Source of the DNA: Cetorhinus maximus
Taxonomy: Eukaryota
Direction of reading: 5' to 3'
Assembly (NCBI RefSeq): GCF_964194155.1
Contig: NC_135888.1
Span: forward strand, 108,748,001-108,812,000
DNA length: 64,000 bases
Positions 49,681 through 63,500 of this stretch are shown one piece after another (position 1 is the first letter of the stretch; the number at the start of each line of letters is the position of its first letter). Made by a program: the position numbers and the translations under genes. The notes below the pieces were generated by a model, which searched no databases, had not been told where the DNA came from, and saw only the letters and a program-made list of their open reading frames with translations.

Positions 49681-52600
49681 GGCCGCAAAATTTGACTGTG
49701 TAGCACTGCTAGTTTTGGCTTTATGGGAACTTGGGGATGAACAAAATGTCAGGGGTGCGCTCCTAACAACATCCGGCACAACCCACGCCTATTGCCATGT
49801 TAGGAAGGGAGTTAGCATAGGCATCCCATGTGTGGACCAGGTGCATGTAGAGTGGGTAATTCCTGCCATCAATCAGCATCTAATCCTGATTTGGCACCAA
49901 GCCTGCACTTTTGGCCTTACAGGTCCTGTTAATGGCCATCCTTAAACACACACACAGCTGAACATGCATTCAGCTGTTTGAGGATCTCCTCTAATACCCC
50001 TGCAATGCAACTTTCAGATGAGGTGCTTTTGACTTTCTTTTGGTGCTGCAGAGTTAGTGGAAGTACTATGTACTGTGTTGTTGGAGGAGTTCACACAAGT
50101 CCTTTCAGCCAAAAGAGAGTGCTGCTAGATCGACTGGTATAGATTTGAAAGGATTCTGAGCAGAAAACTTGCTCCTGATTATGGGGTTATAGTTGCAGTC
50201 CATCTTGGGTTGCATGTGGCAGGGAGATTGAGCAGAGATAGCAGAGATGAGTAGCTGTGCACAAAAGGAAGAGGAGAAGGACTCTCAACAGAAAGCCTTA
50301 CCCACCTAGCGTCTTCAGTGAGCACATCCTCTACCTCCACCTCAGACAGGCATCTGTGATGGCTACACTTCACCAAGGAGGTAGTCACTGAACTATGTCA
50401 CCTCCTACAATTGACCTGCATTTGTAGAACTGAGTGAGAACAGCTCTGCCCAAGGCCATCAAGCTCACCATGCTCTGTAATTTCTATGCCAGTGGCTCCT
50501 TCCAGGTTAGGGCTGGCAACCTCACCAACATTTCCCAGTTCACCATGCATCACTACATGCAGGAGACCCAGGGTAATGCTCTAGATACCTGGGTTTGAAT
50601 CTCACCATGGCAGGCGGTGAAATTTGAATTCAATAAAATCTGGAATTAAAAGTCTAACAATGACCATGAAACCATTGTCGATTGTTGTAAAACCCATCTG
50701 GTTCACTAATGTCCTGTTGGGAAGGAAATCTGCGTCCTCACCTTCTCTGGCCTACATGTGACTCCAGATCCGAGTAATGAGGTTGACTCTTGAATACCCT
50801 CTGAAATGGCCTAGTATGCCACTCAGTTATATGCAACCACTAAAAAACCAATAAAAAGGAATGAAACCAGGCGGACCACCTGGCATCAATCTACTCACCG
50901 GAAACAACAACGACAAACTCAGCCCTGTTGACCCTGCAAAGTCCTCCTTACTGGGGGCTTGTGCCAAAATTGGGAGAGCTGTCTCACAGACTAGTCAAGC
51001 AACAGCCTTCAGTATCATGCCTTAAAGATCATGTCCCAGGCACCACCATTACCAAACCTGGGTATGTTCTGTCCCATCGGCAGGACTCCTCCAACAACAC
51101 AGTACATAGTACTTCCACTAACTCTGCAGCACTAAAAGAAAGTCAAAAGCACCTCATCTGAAAGTTGCATTGCAGGGGTATTAGAGGAGACCCTCAAACA
51201 GCTGAATGCATGTTCAGCTGTGTGTGTTTAAGGATGGCCATTAACAGGACCTGTAAGGCCAAAAGTGCAGGCTCGGTGCCAAATCAGGATTAGATGCTGA
51301 GGTGGCAGCACAGTAGTGTACAGTCGGGAGTGAGTTACCATGGGAGTCCTCAACATTGACTCTGGCTCCCATGAAGTCTCATGGCATCAGTTCAAACTCC
51401 TGCTGATTACCAGTACCGCCCCACCTTAGCTGATGAATCAGTGCTCCTCCATGTTGAACACAACTTGAAGGAAGCACTGAGGATGGCAAGGGCGCAGAAC
51501 ATGCTCTGGGTGACGAAGTTCAATATCCATCACCAAGAGTGGCTCAGTAGCACCACCACACACCGAGCTGGCCGAGTCCTAAAGGGCATAGCTGCTAGAC
51601 TGGGTCTGCGGCAGGTGGTGAGGGAACCAACAAGAGGGAAAAACACACTTGACCTCATCCTCACCAACCTGCCTGTCCCAGGTGCATCTGTCCATGACAG
51701 TATCGGTAGGAGTGGCTATCGCACAGTCCTTGTGGAGACAAAGTCCCATCTTCACATTAAGGATACCCTCCATTATGTTATGTGGTGCTACCACCGTGCT
51801 AAATGGGATAGATTTTGAACAGATCTAGCAGCTCAAGACTGGGCATCCATGAGGCGCTGTGGGTCATGATCAGCAGCAGAATTGTACTTGAACACAATCT
51901 GTAACCTCATGGCCTGGCATATCCCCCACTCTACCATTACCATCAAGCCAGGGGTCAACCCTGGTTCAATGAAGAGTGCAGGAGGGCATGCCAGGAGCAG
52001 CACCAGGCATACCTAAAAATGAGGTGTCAACCTGGTAAAGCTACAACACAGGACAACTTGCATGCCAAACAGTATAAGCAGCAAGTGATGGACAGAGCTA
52101 AGCGATTCCCCAATGAACAGATCAGATCTAAGTTCTGCAGCGCTGCCACATCCAGATGTGAGTGGTGGTGGACAATTAAACAACACACTGTAGGAGGAGG
52201 CTCCACAAATGTCCCCATTATCAATGATGGAGGAGCCCAGAATATCAGTGCAAAAGAAAAGGCTTGCAGCATTCACAACAATCTTCGTCAGAAGTGCCAA
52301 GTGGATGATCCATCTCAGCCTTCTCCCAAGGTCACTGGCATCACAGATGCCAGTCTTCAGCCAATTCAATTCACTCCACGTGATATCAAGAAACGGCAGT
52401 AGGCACTGGATACTGCATAGGCTATGGGCACTGACAATATTCCAGCTAAAGTACTGAAGACTTGTGCCCTAGAATTTGCCACGCCCCTAGCCAAGCTGTT
52501 CAGTTCTGCATCAACCCGGCAATGTGGAAAATTGCCCAGGTATGCGCTGTACACAAAAAGCAGGACACATCCAACCTGGCCAATTACTGCCCCATCAGGC

Positions 52601-54170
52601 TGCTCTCTGTCATCAGTAAAATGATGGAACGGGTCATTAACAATGCTATCAAGCAGCACTTGCTTAGCAATAGCCTGCTCACTGGTGTTCAGTTTGGGTT
52701 CTGCCAGGGTCAGTCAGCTTCTGACCTCATTACAGCCTTACTTCAAACATGGACAAAAGAGCTGAACTCCATAGGTGAGGTGAGAGTGACTGCCCTTGAC
52801 ATCAAGGCAGCATTTGACAGAGTGTGGCATCAAGGAGCCCTAGCAAAACTGGAGTCAATGGGAATCAGAGGGAAAGCTCTCTGCTGGCTGGAGTCATACC
52901 TAGCACAAAGGAAGATGGTTGTGGTTGTTGGAGGTCAATCATCTCAGTTCCAGGACATCACTGCAGGGGTTCCTCAGGATAGTGTCCTAGGCCAAACAAT
53001 CTTCAGCTGCTTCATCAATGACCTTCCTTCCATCATAAGATTAGAAGTGGGGATGCTTGCTGATGATTGTTCAATGCTCAGCACCATATACAACTCCTCA
53101 GATACTGAAGCAGTCCATGTCCAAATATAGCAAGACCTGGACAATATCCAGGCTTGGGCTAACAAGTGGCAAGTAACATTCGCGTCACACAAGTGCCAGG
53201 CAATGACCATCTCCAACAAGAAAGAATCTAAACGTCACCCCTTGGCATCCAATGGCATCACCATTGCTGAATCCTCTACTATCAACATCCTGAGGATTGC
53301 CATTGACCAGAAACTGAACTGGACTAGCCAGATAAATACTGTGGCTACAGGAGCAGGTCAGAGGCTAGGAATCCTGAGACAAATGACTCACCTCATGACT
53401 CCCCAAAACCTGTCCACCATCTACAAGGCACAAGTCAGGAGTGTGATGGAATATTCTCCACTTGCCTGGATGAGTACAGCTCCAACAATGCTTAAGAACC
53501 TTACACCATCCAGGACAAAGCAGCCCACTTGATTGGTAGCACTTCCACAAGCATTCACTCCCCCCACCACCGACAAACAGTGGCAGCAGTGTGTACCATC
53601 CACAAGATGCACTGCAGAAACTCACCAAGGCTCCTTAGACAGCATCTTCCAAACCCACGACCACTACCATCTAGATGGACAGGGGCAGCAGATAAATGGA
53701 AACACCGCCACCTGGAAGTTCCCCTCCAGGCCACTCACCATCCTGACTTGGAAATATATCGCCTATCACTGGGTCAAAATCCTGGAACTCCCTCTCTAAC
53801 GATACTGTGGGTGTACCTACACTACATTGACTACAGCGGTTCAAGAAGGGAGCTCACCACCACCTTCTCATGGGCAATTAGGGATGAGCAATGAATTCTG
53901 GCCTAGCCAACGATGCCCACATCCCGTGGATGAATTTTAAAAATTCACTGAGGCTCTGTATTCAAGGAGATGGGACTGCATGCTTGTGGTTTTCAGATGC
54001 CACATCTCAATGGGGAGATGTATTGGAAGCACAAACAGTTCCACTCCCTGAATTCGCAGTTGGTATGCGACCACACACAAACCATGTTGATGAATGCCTA
54101 CTATGTCAGATCAAGCGATAGTGCTTGTTTCTCAGATGTGCATTGTTTTTCCCACTCTTCACCGTAAAGC
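49681..54170 (+). mobile_element. Older Harbinger relic split by a LINE
   Basis: LHFTKEVVTELCHLL...IKLTMLCNFYASGSFQVRAGNLTNISQFTMHHYMQE before 50565, resuming as TEALYSRR at about 53946. Confidence 0.65.
50561..53943 (+). mobile_element. Near full-length APE+RT LINE with partial tRNA-like head (best-preserved copy)
   Basis: Head gagacccagggtaatgct...gggtttgaatctc, APE ORF 51381-51818, RT ORF 52462-53130 (GVPQDSVLG, ADD), family tail at 53872-53943. Confidence 0.92.
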
Positions 54171-54479
54171 TACACTGCCTGACCAGCAGCAGGTCTTGGG
54201 TACATAAAAGCATAATGACAGAGCAGAGGGTTGGAATTAAGGAAGAGGGTGTGGGTGGAAAGCAATCTTCTTAAAGCCAGTTAGGGATGTTCTGTAAATG
54301 CAGGCCTTGTCAGCAATGCTTACATTCCATGAATGAATATAAAAATGTGATGCATACTCACATTGTTTCCAGCTTGTTCTTCATGCCTGCATACCAGATT
54401 GCAGGATAAATTTGAAATGTGATTTGAGAAAGTGAAAAAGTCAGGAACGTATCATCATTCTGGATGGTTTCAACAATGG

Positions 54480-56685
54480 CAGTTGTGAGGCCTCAGTAGT
54501 GAAGACTGATGCAAAATACCTATTCAATTCATCTGCCATCTCCTTATTTTCCATTATTAATTCCCCAGAACAACGTTCACTTTGTTAATTATTTTCTTTT
54601 TTAAATATCTTTAGAAACTCTTAGTATCTGTCTTTATATTTCAAGCTAGCTTTCTCAGTGCTCTATTTTTTTCTCTCATTGATCTTTTAGTCACTCTTTT
54701 CTGTTTTTTTTAATATTCTGTCCAATCTTCTGACCTTCTACCCATTGTTATGCAATTATAAACTTTTTCTTAGTTAACCATAGATTGTGGGCCCTCCCCT
54801 TGGAATTTTTCTGTCTCATTGGAATGAATCTATTCTGTGCATTCTGAAATATCCCATTAAATGTCTGCCACTGCATTTCCATTGATCTATACCCTAACCT
54901 AATTTGCCCGTTCACTCTGCTTTCATGGTCTCATAATTGCCCTTATTTAAGTTTAAAATACTAGTCTTAGACCCACTCTTCTCTTCCTCAAACTGAATGT
55001 AAAATTGAATCATATTATGATCGCTGTTACCGCAAAGCACCTTCACTATGAGTCATTAGTTACTCCTTTCTCATTGCACAACAACAGGTCTAGTATAACC
55101 TGCTCTCTGGTTGGCTCCAGATGTCTAAGAAACTATCCTGAAAACATCCTATGAATTCCTCATCTAGCCTACCTTTGCCCATTTGATTTTTCCAGTCTCT
55201 GTGCAGATTAAAATCCCCCTGATTATCATATGAACATATAGGGGAGAATTTTCACATCGGCCTGTGGAGGCGGGCCCCACACGCCGACACGTAAAATGAC
55301 GCGCAGTGATGTCAAACTGTCAAAAGCCTGTTGAGGCCATTAGTTAACTAATTAAACTAATTCTCAACGCTGTCCGTCCAACCTTAAGATTGGCGGGCAG
55401 GCGAAGAGCCCAAGCAGCCTTCGTGTTTTTCACGAAACCTCATCCATGGGCGGGATGAGGTTTCATGAAGGTTTTATAAATTAATAAATATATTTTTCTC
55501 ATTTCATGAACATGTCCCAGCTCATGTGACACTGTCACATGAGGGGACATGTGTAAATGATTTTTAAATTTCTTTATTAAAAATTCTTATTATAAATTTA
55601 ATCTCCCTGAGGCAGCTCCATGCCTCAGAGAGATTTCTGCACTCACTACCTGTGCACATCACGCTGGGTGGGCCTTAATTGGCCCACCATGTAAAATGAT
55701 GGTGCGCAGCTGATCATGGGCGCCGATCGGCTCCACACACCCCCCACCCCGCGCCCGCTCCCGACCGGCCCGCCCGACAGGGAGAAAATTCTCCACATAA
55801 AATAGGAGCAGAATTAGGCCATTCGGCCCCTCAACTCTGCTCCACCATTTAATAAGATCATGGCTGATCTGTATGTGTTTGGACTTCCACATTCCCATCA
55901 ACCCCCAATAACCTTTGATTCCCTTGTCTAACAAGAATCTATCTGCCTCAATGACCCCGCTTCCACTGCCTCCTGAGGCAGAGAGTTCCAAACTCGCATA
56001 ACCCTCTGAGTGAAAAAAATTCTCTTCATCTCTGTCCTAAAAGGGCGACCCCTAATTTGAAAGCAGTGCCCCTAGTTCTGGACTCACTCACAAGAGGAAA
56101 CATCCTTTCCACATCCACCATTGGTGCATTCTTAGTTTTTTTCTGTCTGTCCCTTCCTGCCATTCTCTGACCCTCATTTCCCATACTACTATTTTCCTCT
56201 CTTGTCTCTACTCTTTAATATACCACATCTTTCCACATTTGACCCCTTGCTCCCACTGTTTAGTTTAAAACCCTCTCTACTTCCCCAGTTTTACTGTTCA
56301 CAAGAACACTTGTCCCAGCATGGTTCAGGTGTAGACCATCCCAACAGAACATCCCCCACTTTCCTCAGCACTGGTGTCATTCCTATCTTCGTACATTTCT
56401 GGCAAGCTCCCATTATTTCTTCCCTTATACCCCGTCCTATCACGTGGTTAATGTTAGGGGGCTTGTACACCTTGCCCACAAGTGACTTTTTGTCTTTATA
56501 ATTTCTCACCTCTACGCAAACTGCTTCTACGTCCTGGTTTCCTGAACTTAGGCCATCCCTCTCTATTATGCTAATACCATCATTAATTAACAGAACCACC
56601 ACTCCACCTTTTCCTAGCTTCCTGTTCTTCCTAAATTTCATGTACCCTTCAATATTCAGGTCCCAATCTATGTCATCCTCCAGCC
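54480..56685 (-). mobile_element. Cluster of decayed CR1 LINE fragments
   Basis: CR1 tail at about 55797-56120 and APE-like KGGVVVLLINDGISIIERDGL...VEAVCVEVRNYKDKKSLVGKVYKPPN at 56291-56641. Confidence 0.7.
55241..55796 (+). mobile_element. Harbinger-derived MITE, copy 4 (internally deleted), inserted in a CR1 tail
   Basis: GGGGAGAATTTT ... AAAATTCTCCAC with ATA TSD and core ctcatgtgacactgtcacatgag. Confidence 0.85.
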
Positions 56686-57279
56686 ATGTCTTTTCCTTTC
56701 CACTTCTTCCACCACTGCATTGGACAGCCTGGGAGCCCTCTCATTGCTGCACCAATGTCCCTCTTTGTTCTGAGAAACTCTTTCAAAGGGACTTCTAACT
56801 CCTTTAGGAGGTGCAGGCTGGTTTTAAGAAGTGCAGAGTAGCCTCGCACAAACTTGGGCCTCCTGCTGAGCATGCAGCCACTGAGCAGCGCATTCAGTGT
56901 TGGACTGTATGCCACAATGGTGGAGATGCTGCCTGCAACACTTGCCTTGGATGCGGAGCAATTGCGCATCGTGATCCCAGTGCTCACCAACAGGCTTTAT
57001 CCAATTTTTAGCCCTGTATGTAGAAATATGGCCAGAATGTATGGCTTTAAAATGGGGACTGAATCATATCTAGTCAAGCAGTGAAAGATTTATTTGCTAA
57101 TAAATTAAGATAATAAGTTGTCCATCTAGGCTCAGTGTTCTCACACTGAAGGCCATGGCTACAAGCACCACTCCAGGTATTAGAAAGACAGTGCTGCAAT
57201 GTCAGATGAGATTAAAAACCAAGGCTGATCTAGTTTACTTTTCATAATATATCATAAACTGGGAAAATAACATTATCCT

Positions 57280-58280
57280 AATTTAGACTGGGTAAATACT
57301 GATGTAAAAGGGGAGGAATTCCTGAAATGCATTCAAGATAACTTTCTTTATCATTGTGTTCCCAGTCCAACTAGCAAGGTAGCAGTGCTAGATCTGGCTC
57401 TGGGGAATGAAATGGGACAGATGAAGCATGTTTCAGCAGGGAGCATGTGGGAAAGAGTGATCATAATGTCATTAGTTTTAGAGTAGTTATGAAAAAGGAC
57501 AATGAACAATCTAATGTAATAATGCTGAATGGGAGCACAGCTAATTTCAATGAATTGAAAAGGTCTCTTGTCCAGATGGGTTGGAATGAAAGACTTAAAG
57601 GTAAAACATAAATAAGTAATGGGAAACATTTAAAGAAAAGATAGTTTGGGTAAGGACTAGACATAACCCATGAAGGGGCAAAGAGAAAAGTCCAAACCAG
57701 GAACTCTCTGGACAACTAAAGATTCAGAAATTGAAATTAAACAGAAAAAGGGGACTTATGGTAAATATCAGGCGCATTACCCTGTAGAGAATCAATCTAA
57801 CTACAGAGAATACAGAGGAGAAGTCAAACAGGGAATAAGAAGGGCAAAGACAGTAAATGAGAATAGGTTAGTGGGTAACATAAAAGGGAGACCAAAAAAA
57901 TCTTGTATACACATTTAGACAGTAAAAGGGTAGTCAAAGGAATGTTGAGGCCAATTAGGGACCAAACAGGAGATTTATCAATGGAGGCAAAAGGCGTGGT
58001 TGAGATACTAAATTAACATTTAGCAGCATCCTCTTTGCTGAAGGCAGATATACTGTCTCAGTAAAGGAGGAGGTTGTAGAGATATTGGATAGGATGAAAA
58101 TAGAGAAAGAGGAAGGACTTAAAAGTTTGGCAGTGCTCAAAGTAGAAAAGCCACCTAGTTTGGATGGGCTGCATCCTAAGTTACTGAGATAAGTAAAGGT
58201 TGAGATAATAGAGCTGGCCACAATCTTCCAATCCTCCTTAGATATGGGAACAGTGCCAAAGGACTGGAAGATTGCTAATC
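57280..58280 (+). mobile_element. Decayed CR1 LINE ORF2 fragment
   Basis: gcagtgctagatctggctctggggaatgaa (AVLDL.LGNE) and gatgggctgcatcctaag...gtgccaaaggactggaagattgctaat (DGLHP...VPKDWKIAN). Confidence 0.75.
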
Positions 58281-58489
58281 ATAACAGCTCGCTGCATCAC
58301 CAATCTGACTATGCCCTCTGAAGTTCTGTATTGGATTTGTGATTGGTTGTGTGACAAAAACAAATATTATAACTTGAAAAGTCAGATTGCCACTCCGTGC
58401 CCACTGACCTACGACAGGTAAGTTTAAAGGTCCGATTGAAATTAACAGGCCAGGGAGAAGGTAAGTGCCTAAGGTAAGTGGATAGGATT

Positions 58490-59270
58490 TGAGGGGTAAG
58501 GGGGATCAGGGGTCGGGTGGAGATGGGAGGAGGGGGTTGGACATCAGGGTGGTGGGGGGGTTGGACATCTGTGGGATGGGGGGGTCAGACATGGGGCTTG
58601 GGGCGGTGCCAGACACCAGGGGAGAGTGGGGTGGGAGGAACACTGGGGGGCTGGAGGGGTGACCTGGACACCGGCGGAGGGGGGTGGGGGGGGGGAGGGG
58701 GGGAGGAGGGTGGGGATGTTTGGACACTAGGGGGTTGGGGCAGCGGGGTCAGGCATCGGTGGGGTGTTGTGAGGCTGGGGGTTTCAGGCATTTGGGTGGG
58801 GTGGAGACATCAGACATTCGGGGGGGATGTAGGGGGCAATAAATATTCATGGGGGCTGATGGGCGCTGGACAATCAAGGGATGTTTGGACATTTGGGAGA
58901 TGGGGGGTGTCAGAATTTTGGGGGGTGAGGGTGTTAGGCATCAGGGGTGGGATCTGGTCGGACCTTGGGGGTGGGGGTGATGCCTGGTTGGCCCTTCGAG
59001 GTAGGGGTTCGGTTCGGATCGGTGTGAGGGGTTGAGGATTGGGCCTGCTGGGTGGGGAATCTGGTCGGGTTTTGGGGCCTGGAGTCACGCCCCTGGAAGG
59101 GGGGGGTAGTGCTCGGGTGAGGAGTCCCATGGCAGGTGGGGGGATTCACATGGCGGGGTGGGGGGTGGAGAATATCATGGGGTGTTGGTTAGTCAGGGTG
59201 GGTAGTCCTCTGGGGGTGTTGGGGGTGTTTGTGGAGTCCCGTGGGTGGGGTCAGTCTAGGTCTTTACAAT
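58490..59270 (+). repeat. G-rich low-complexity tract, probably the interior of a non-autonomous DNA element
   Basis: Dense GGG/GGGG runs with recurring ggaca(t/c) motifs. Confidence 0.6.
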
Positions 59271-61102
59271 AGTTATCCAGAAGCTAGAAGAGATTTTAAT
59301 TCTTCTAACTTTTTCTGAGTAACTATTGGTGTAGTCCTGTCGGAACCATCCGAAGTTTACATTTTAAATTGCATTTTCAGATGGTTCACAGCGCTGGGGA
59401 ATTCCCCAGAGGAAGTTTGCAGTTCTGGGCAATTGCCATGCAAATCCTTACCTGTGAGGTTTCAAGAAGGGTTCCCTAGCACATCTTTAGGTATCGCCCC
59501 CCCACCCAAATCCAACACTTTATGGCCTAATTGTCTTATTGATTTAAGCATTCAGAGGTTACAGAAAACGTCTCTGTAGCAGAACAACTGGAAACATATT
59601 ACTGAAAATATCTGCCTTTGTGAAAAGCAGTGTTAAAAATCTTGTCCTTTTCTATATTACTGGTAGCAAGCTGATTGTACCCAAGTGCAGTTTTAATATG
59701 TGTCAATTTCATTATCAATAACTCAGTAAATGTGGACGGCAATTTACCATCTGTAATGAAACAAATTCTTGACCCAGCGATAATCTGAATTATAGTTTTA
59801 CAGTATTTATTTAGTGTATTCAATTGTCTTTTACAGTTTCCCAGCAAACTTGTACTATTAGTGATGTGTAAATGGCGCTTTAGAAGTTTGACATATTGTC
59901 CTATATTCCTAGTTGGGTACCTATAGGACAGCGACAAAACATAGTTGTATTGCCCACTTTACTCGAATAATCCAATAAAAACAATTTGTTCTTGTCTCAG
60001 ACCTTTGTAATCTAGAAAAAGCCCCAAGGCACTTCACAGAGGTGTAATCAGAGTGGAAAACATGGACACAGAGGCAAATAATGATAGATTAACAAGTGTA
60101 TAGAAAAGCTTAGGAGAAGAGGTAAGTAAAAAAAAACTTCTCATCTCCCCTCAGGTTCTATTGTCAATTATCTTAAATCTGCATCTTCTGATTACCGACC
60201 GTCCTGCCAGTGAAAATAGTTTCTCCTTATTTATTCTTACACTCTTCGTGGCTTTACCTGCGACATTGGCTGCAGGGAGGATGGAATCAGTAAGGAAGTA
60301 ACAGAGTTTGTGGCTGAGGCAGAAAATGATGGCCATATTGTTCACAGTAATAAAAATCATGGGGAGGACTTGTCTGATTGCCTTCTGGGGCCCTTATGTT
60401 TCACGATTGTACTCCCTCCTGGTGCAATTAAATTGAAGAGATGTACAAGATGCTTTGAATTTCACTATTCCCTGCTGAAATTTTGTATGATACTTTAAAC
60501 CTTGTGCTTAAAACTTGAGTTATCTTGGCCACCAGAGAGTTCCTTGACTTGTCAACACCTTTATAAAATGGCAGTCTTACAGATGGTCTGAACAAGCTGC
60601 TGTGTACACAGTAGAGAATAAAGGATGGCAAGGAGCATTACTAGGCTGTAACAAGGTAGAAGGTTCATACTGAATTATAAATTACAGAACAAAGCTCAAG
60701 CAGTTTACACAGGTATCCAGAAATGTGACAGCCTGATAACACACTCGTATGACAATTTTCTGGTAATATAGATACAATTGATTTTTACATTTTTCTGTTT
60801 GGTTTTTACAATAATCACCCATAATGGATGGAAAGCTTTTATTTTCATGTGACTTCAAACTATATTACAGGAAGGAAGGAGTCTTTCAGCATTATGATGC
60901 GAGAGCAGTGGAATAACAGAGTCAGCACTTATATTTTGCAGATCCAGCAATGCACTGCCTAAAACAGTGCTGATTGAGGGAAATCTAAATCATATCGAAG
61001 TGAAGTACCATTACCACTTCCAAAATTAATAAATCACCACAAATGCGCACACAACCTTCCCCTTTCTAACCAGCTTAAATAGACATAACCCTTTCTCTCG
61101 CC

Positions 61103-61125
61103 TATATATATATATATATATATAT
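61103..61125. repeat. (TA)n microsatellite
   Basis: About 11 TA units. Confidence 0.95.
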
Positions 61126-62011
61126 GAGAATATATTCTTGAAAAATATCTGTGTGCTAATCCACTGCAGCAAGTGTCGGTAGGTGTGCTTACAGTTCACC
61201 ATACAGCAAGTTTTTGATCTTGGCTAGATTTCATACTGAGACTGAGCATCTCAACAAAGGGGGACAGTGAGTGTTCAAGAGGGGACTGACCATTTATACA
61301 GCAGCATTGGCAAAAACTTGGTTTACTTAAAAAAATGATTGAAACACAAGTTTGCTATGGCACAGGTCATATTTCATAACATTTGTCATGAAGGTAAAAT
61401 AAAACAGACGCCATTTAAAAATACGCTTTCATGCAGTATTTAAAATTGAACACATGATTAAATTTCAGTTTTTGTTTCACACATTAGTTATAACTGAATC
61501 AGGTTGGTCCTGATAAATAGGCAGGCTCTACCATCATGCTTACCTCCTGCTATTTAAATTGTTAGTAAAGGGGCCATCCTGGAGCGATTAAGGCAATGCA
61601 TGTACTTCTTATAAAATTGATCTGTTGTTATTGTTATCTAAGGATGCAGATGAGATTATAATTAGCGGCATGAATGAATTGATTCAAGTATATTCTACCT
61701 GTGTGATTATAATTTCTGTGCAGGCTTTGTGCACATATCAAAGGTAATGTTCCCTTTTATCACCAGATGAGAAAAGAGCAATAGCAAGTTGGCCTCCATT
61801 TTGCACACACCACATTTTCATTTCTATTGATTTCAATGGAAAAGAAGATAGGGTGAAATGCATAATAAGCACTGATCCATTATCACTCATCTCTTGGCGA
61901 ATTCTTAAGTTGAAATGAGCCTTTTATTTTTTATGTTAAGTTTTTACTGATTTCACTGATGAGTTGGACCTTTAGATTATTCCTTATTAACTTTTATCTA
62001 CAAAAGGGCCA

Positions 62012-62125
62012 ATAGAACCATAGAACCATAGAACACTACAGCACAGAAAACAGGCCATTCGGCCCTTCTAGTCTGTGCCGAAATATTATTCCGCTAGTCC
62101 CATTGACCTGCACCTAGTCCATAAT
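62012..62125 (-). mobile_element. CR1 3' tail with (atagaacc)n terminal repeat
   Basis: atagaaccatagaaccatagaacactacagcacagaaaacaggccattcggccc. Confidence 0.7.
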
Positions 62126-62148
62126 GTGTCTGACTTCCCAGGATCTCT

Positions 62149-63500
62149 GGACAGATTTTAGTGGAAACCTCTGGATGGTTGCGGGGAGCTGGAAGAATCA
62201 GGTGGGAGTTCCTGGCCGGAATTTTATGTTCGGTGTGCGGGTGCACGCCCGACATGCCCGAGCACGATATGACGTGTAATGACGTTGGGCATGCATCCCG
62301 ACATCATCGCGCACTCGCGTGATATTTCATTCGGTGGGCACGCACCAGAGTCAGCTGCATGCCTGCCAATAATTGAAAGGCCTATTAAGGCCATTAACGA
62401 GTTAATTAAAATCAAATTTACGCTGCCCGTCCAGCCTTACGGTTGGCGGGCAGGCGAAAAGGCAAAGCGGCCTTTACATTTTTTAGGAAACCTCATCCAC
62501 GAGCGAGATGAGGATTCCTAAAGCAAATAAACATTACCTAAAAACTTTATTTTTGAATTAAAAACATGTCCCAGCTCATGTGACAGAGTCACATAAGGGC
62601 ACATGATTTTTTAAAATTTTGTTGTCTTTAATGATTTTTTTAAAAAGTGCTTCAATCTCCCTAAGTCAGGGAGGCCGAAGCGCTCTTTCACATGCATGTG
62701 CGAACTGTGCGCCAGGCCCACTCCCCCTCCTCCCTCCGCCCACACAGGTAGCGCTGAGCACTGCCGCTCACAATCCACGCAGGGTGGACCTTAATTGGCC
62801 TGCCCGCGTGAAATCGCAGAGCGGACCTGATCGCGGTCAGCTTCCCAGCTGCTCCCGCCGAGCCCGCCCGACGAGGGAAAAATTCTGGCCACTGCGCCCG
62901 ATCCCTGGCAGCGGGAAAACTGTCCCGAATTTAGGCAGCAGGAATGGCCTAACTTAATGCCAATTACCCCTGAGCCCTTCAGGATTTAATGGTGGCTCAG
63001 GGGATTAATGAGACTCGCGCCAGTTTCCCAGGCCTCCCAAAGGCCGCCCAGCAACTTTGGGTTTACCAGTGCCAACCAGGAGGGTCCCTCATTGACAGGC
63101 ACTCAGTGCTCGATCGAGTAGCCTGGTATTGGAAAGGTGGGGTAGTGACTTTTGCCCTTGCATTTGACGCCCCTGACCACCTCGACGCCCTAACCCCATG
63201 ACCCCCATCCCACCCCACTCACCTGTCTCCAGGGATCCAGCAATGATCCCTGGTGAAGGTTTCAGACCAATAATGACAGCGGCCATTACTTCCGGCCTCT
63301 GATGGCAGCTCTTGGAGGCAGAATGTCCCACCCGACTGGGACCTTGATCACTTGTGAAGCCCAGCGCTGTCCAGTTAAGTGCCTCCCGGACAGAAGAGAC
63401 GTGAGCTCCCACCATTTCTCCAACTGGTGAGCTGCGAGGGGGAATCCCAGTCACATGAATTAAATTCCACCTTCTGTTTCTGAGGGTCATGAAATTTCAT
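62149..63500. mobile_element. Family B non-autonomous element hosting MITE copy 5
   Basis: actcacctgtctccagggatcc...ctctgatggcagctct blocks shared with the other family B copies. Confidence 0.5.
62214..62890 (+). mobile_element. Harbinger-derived MITE, copy 5
   Basis: GGCCGGAATTTT ... AAAATTCTGGCC. The left ~300 bp is colinear with 42562-42850 and the right ~100 bp with 45930-46025. Confidence 0.85.

Noticed and set aside
58517-59272. Gly/Trp-rich and Pro-rich ORFs
   Set aside because: Artefacts of the G-rich low-complexity tract.
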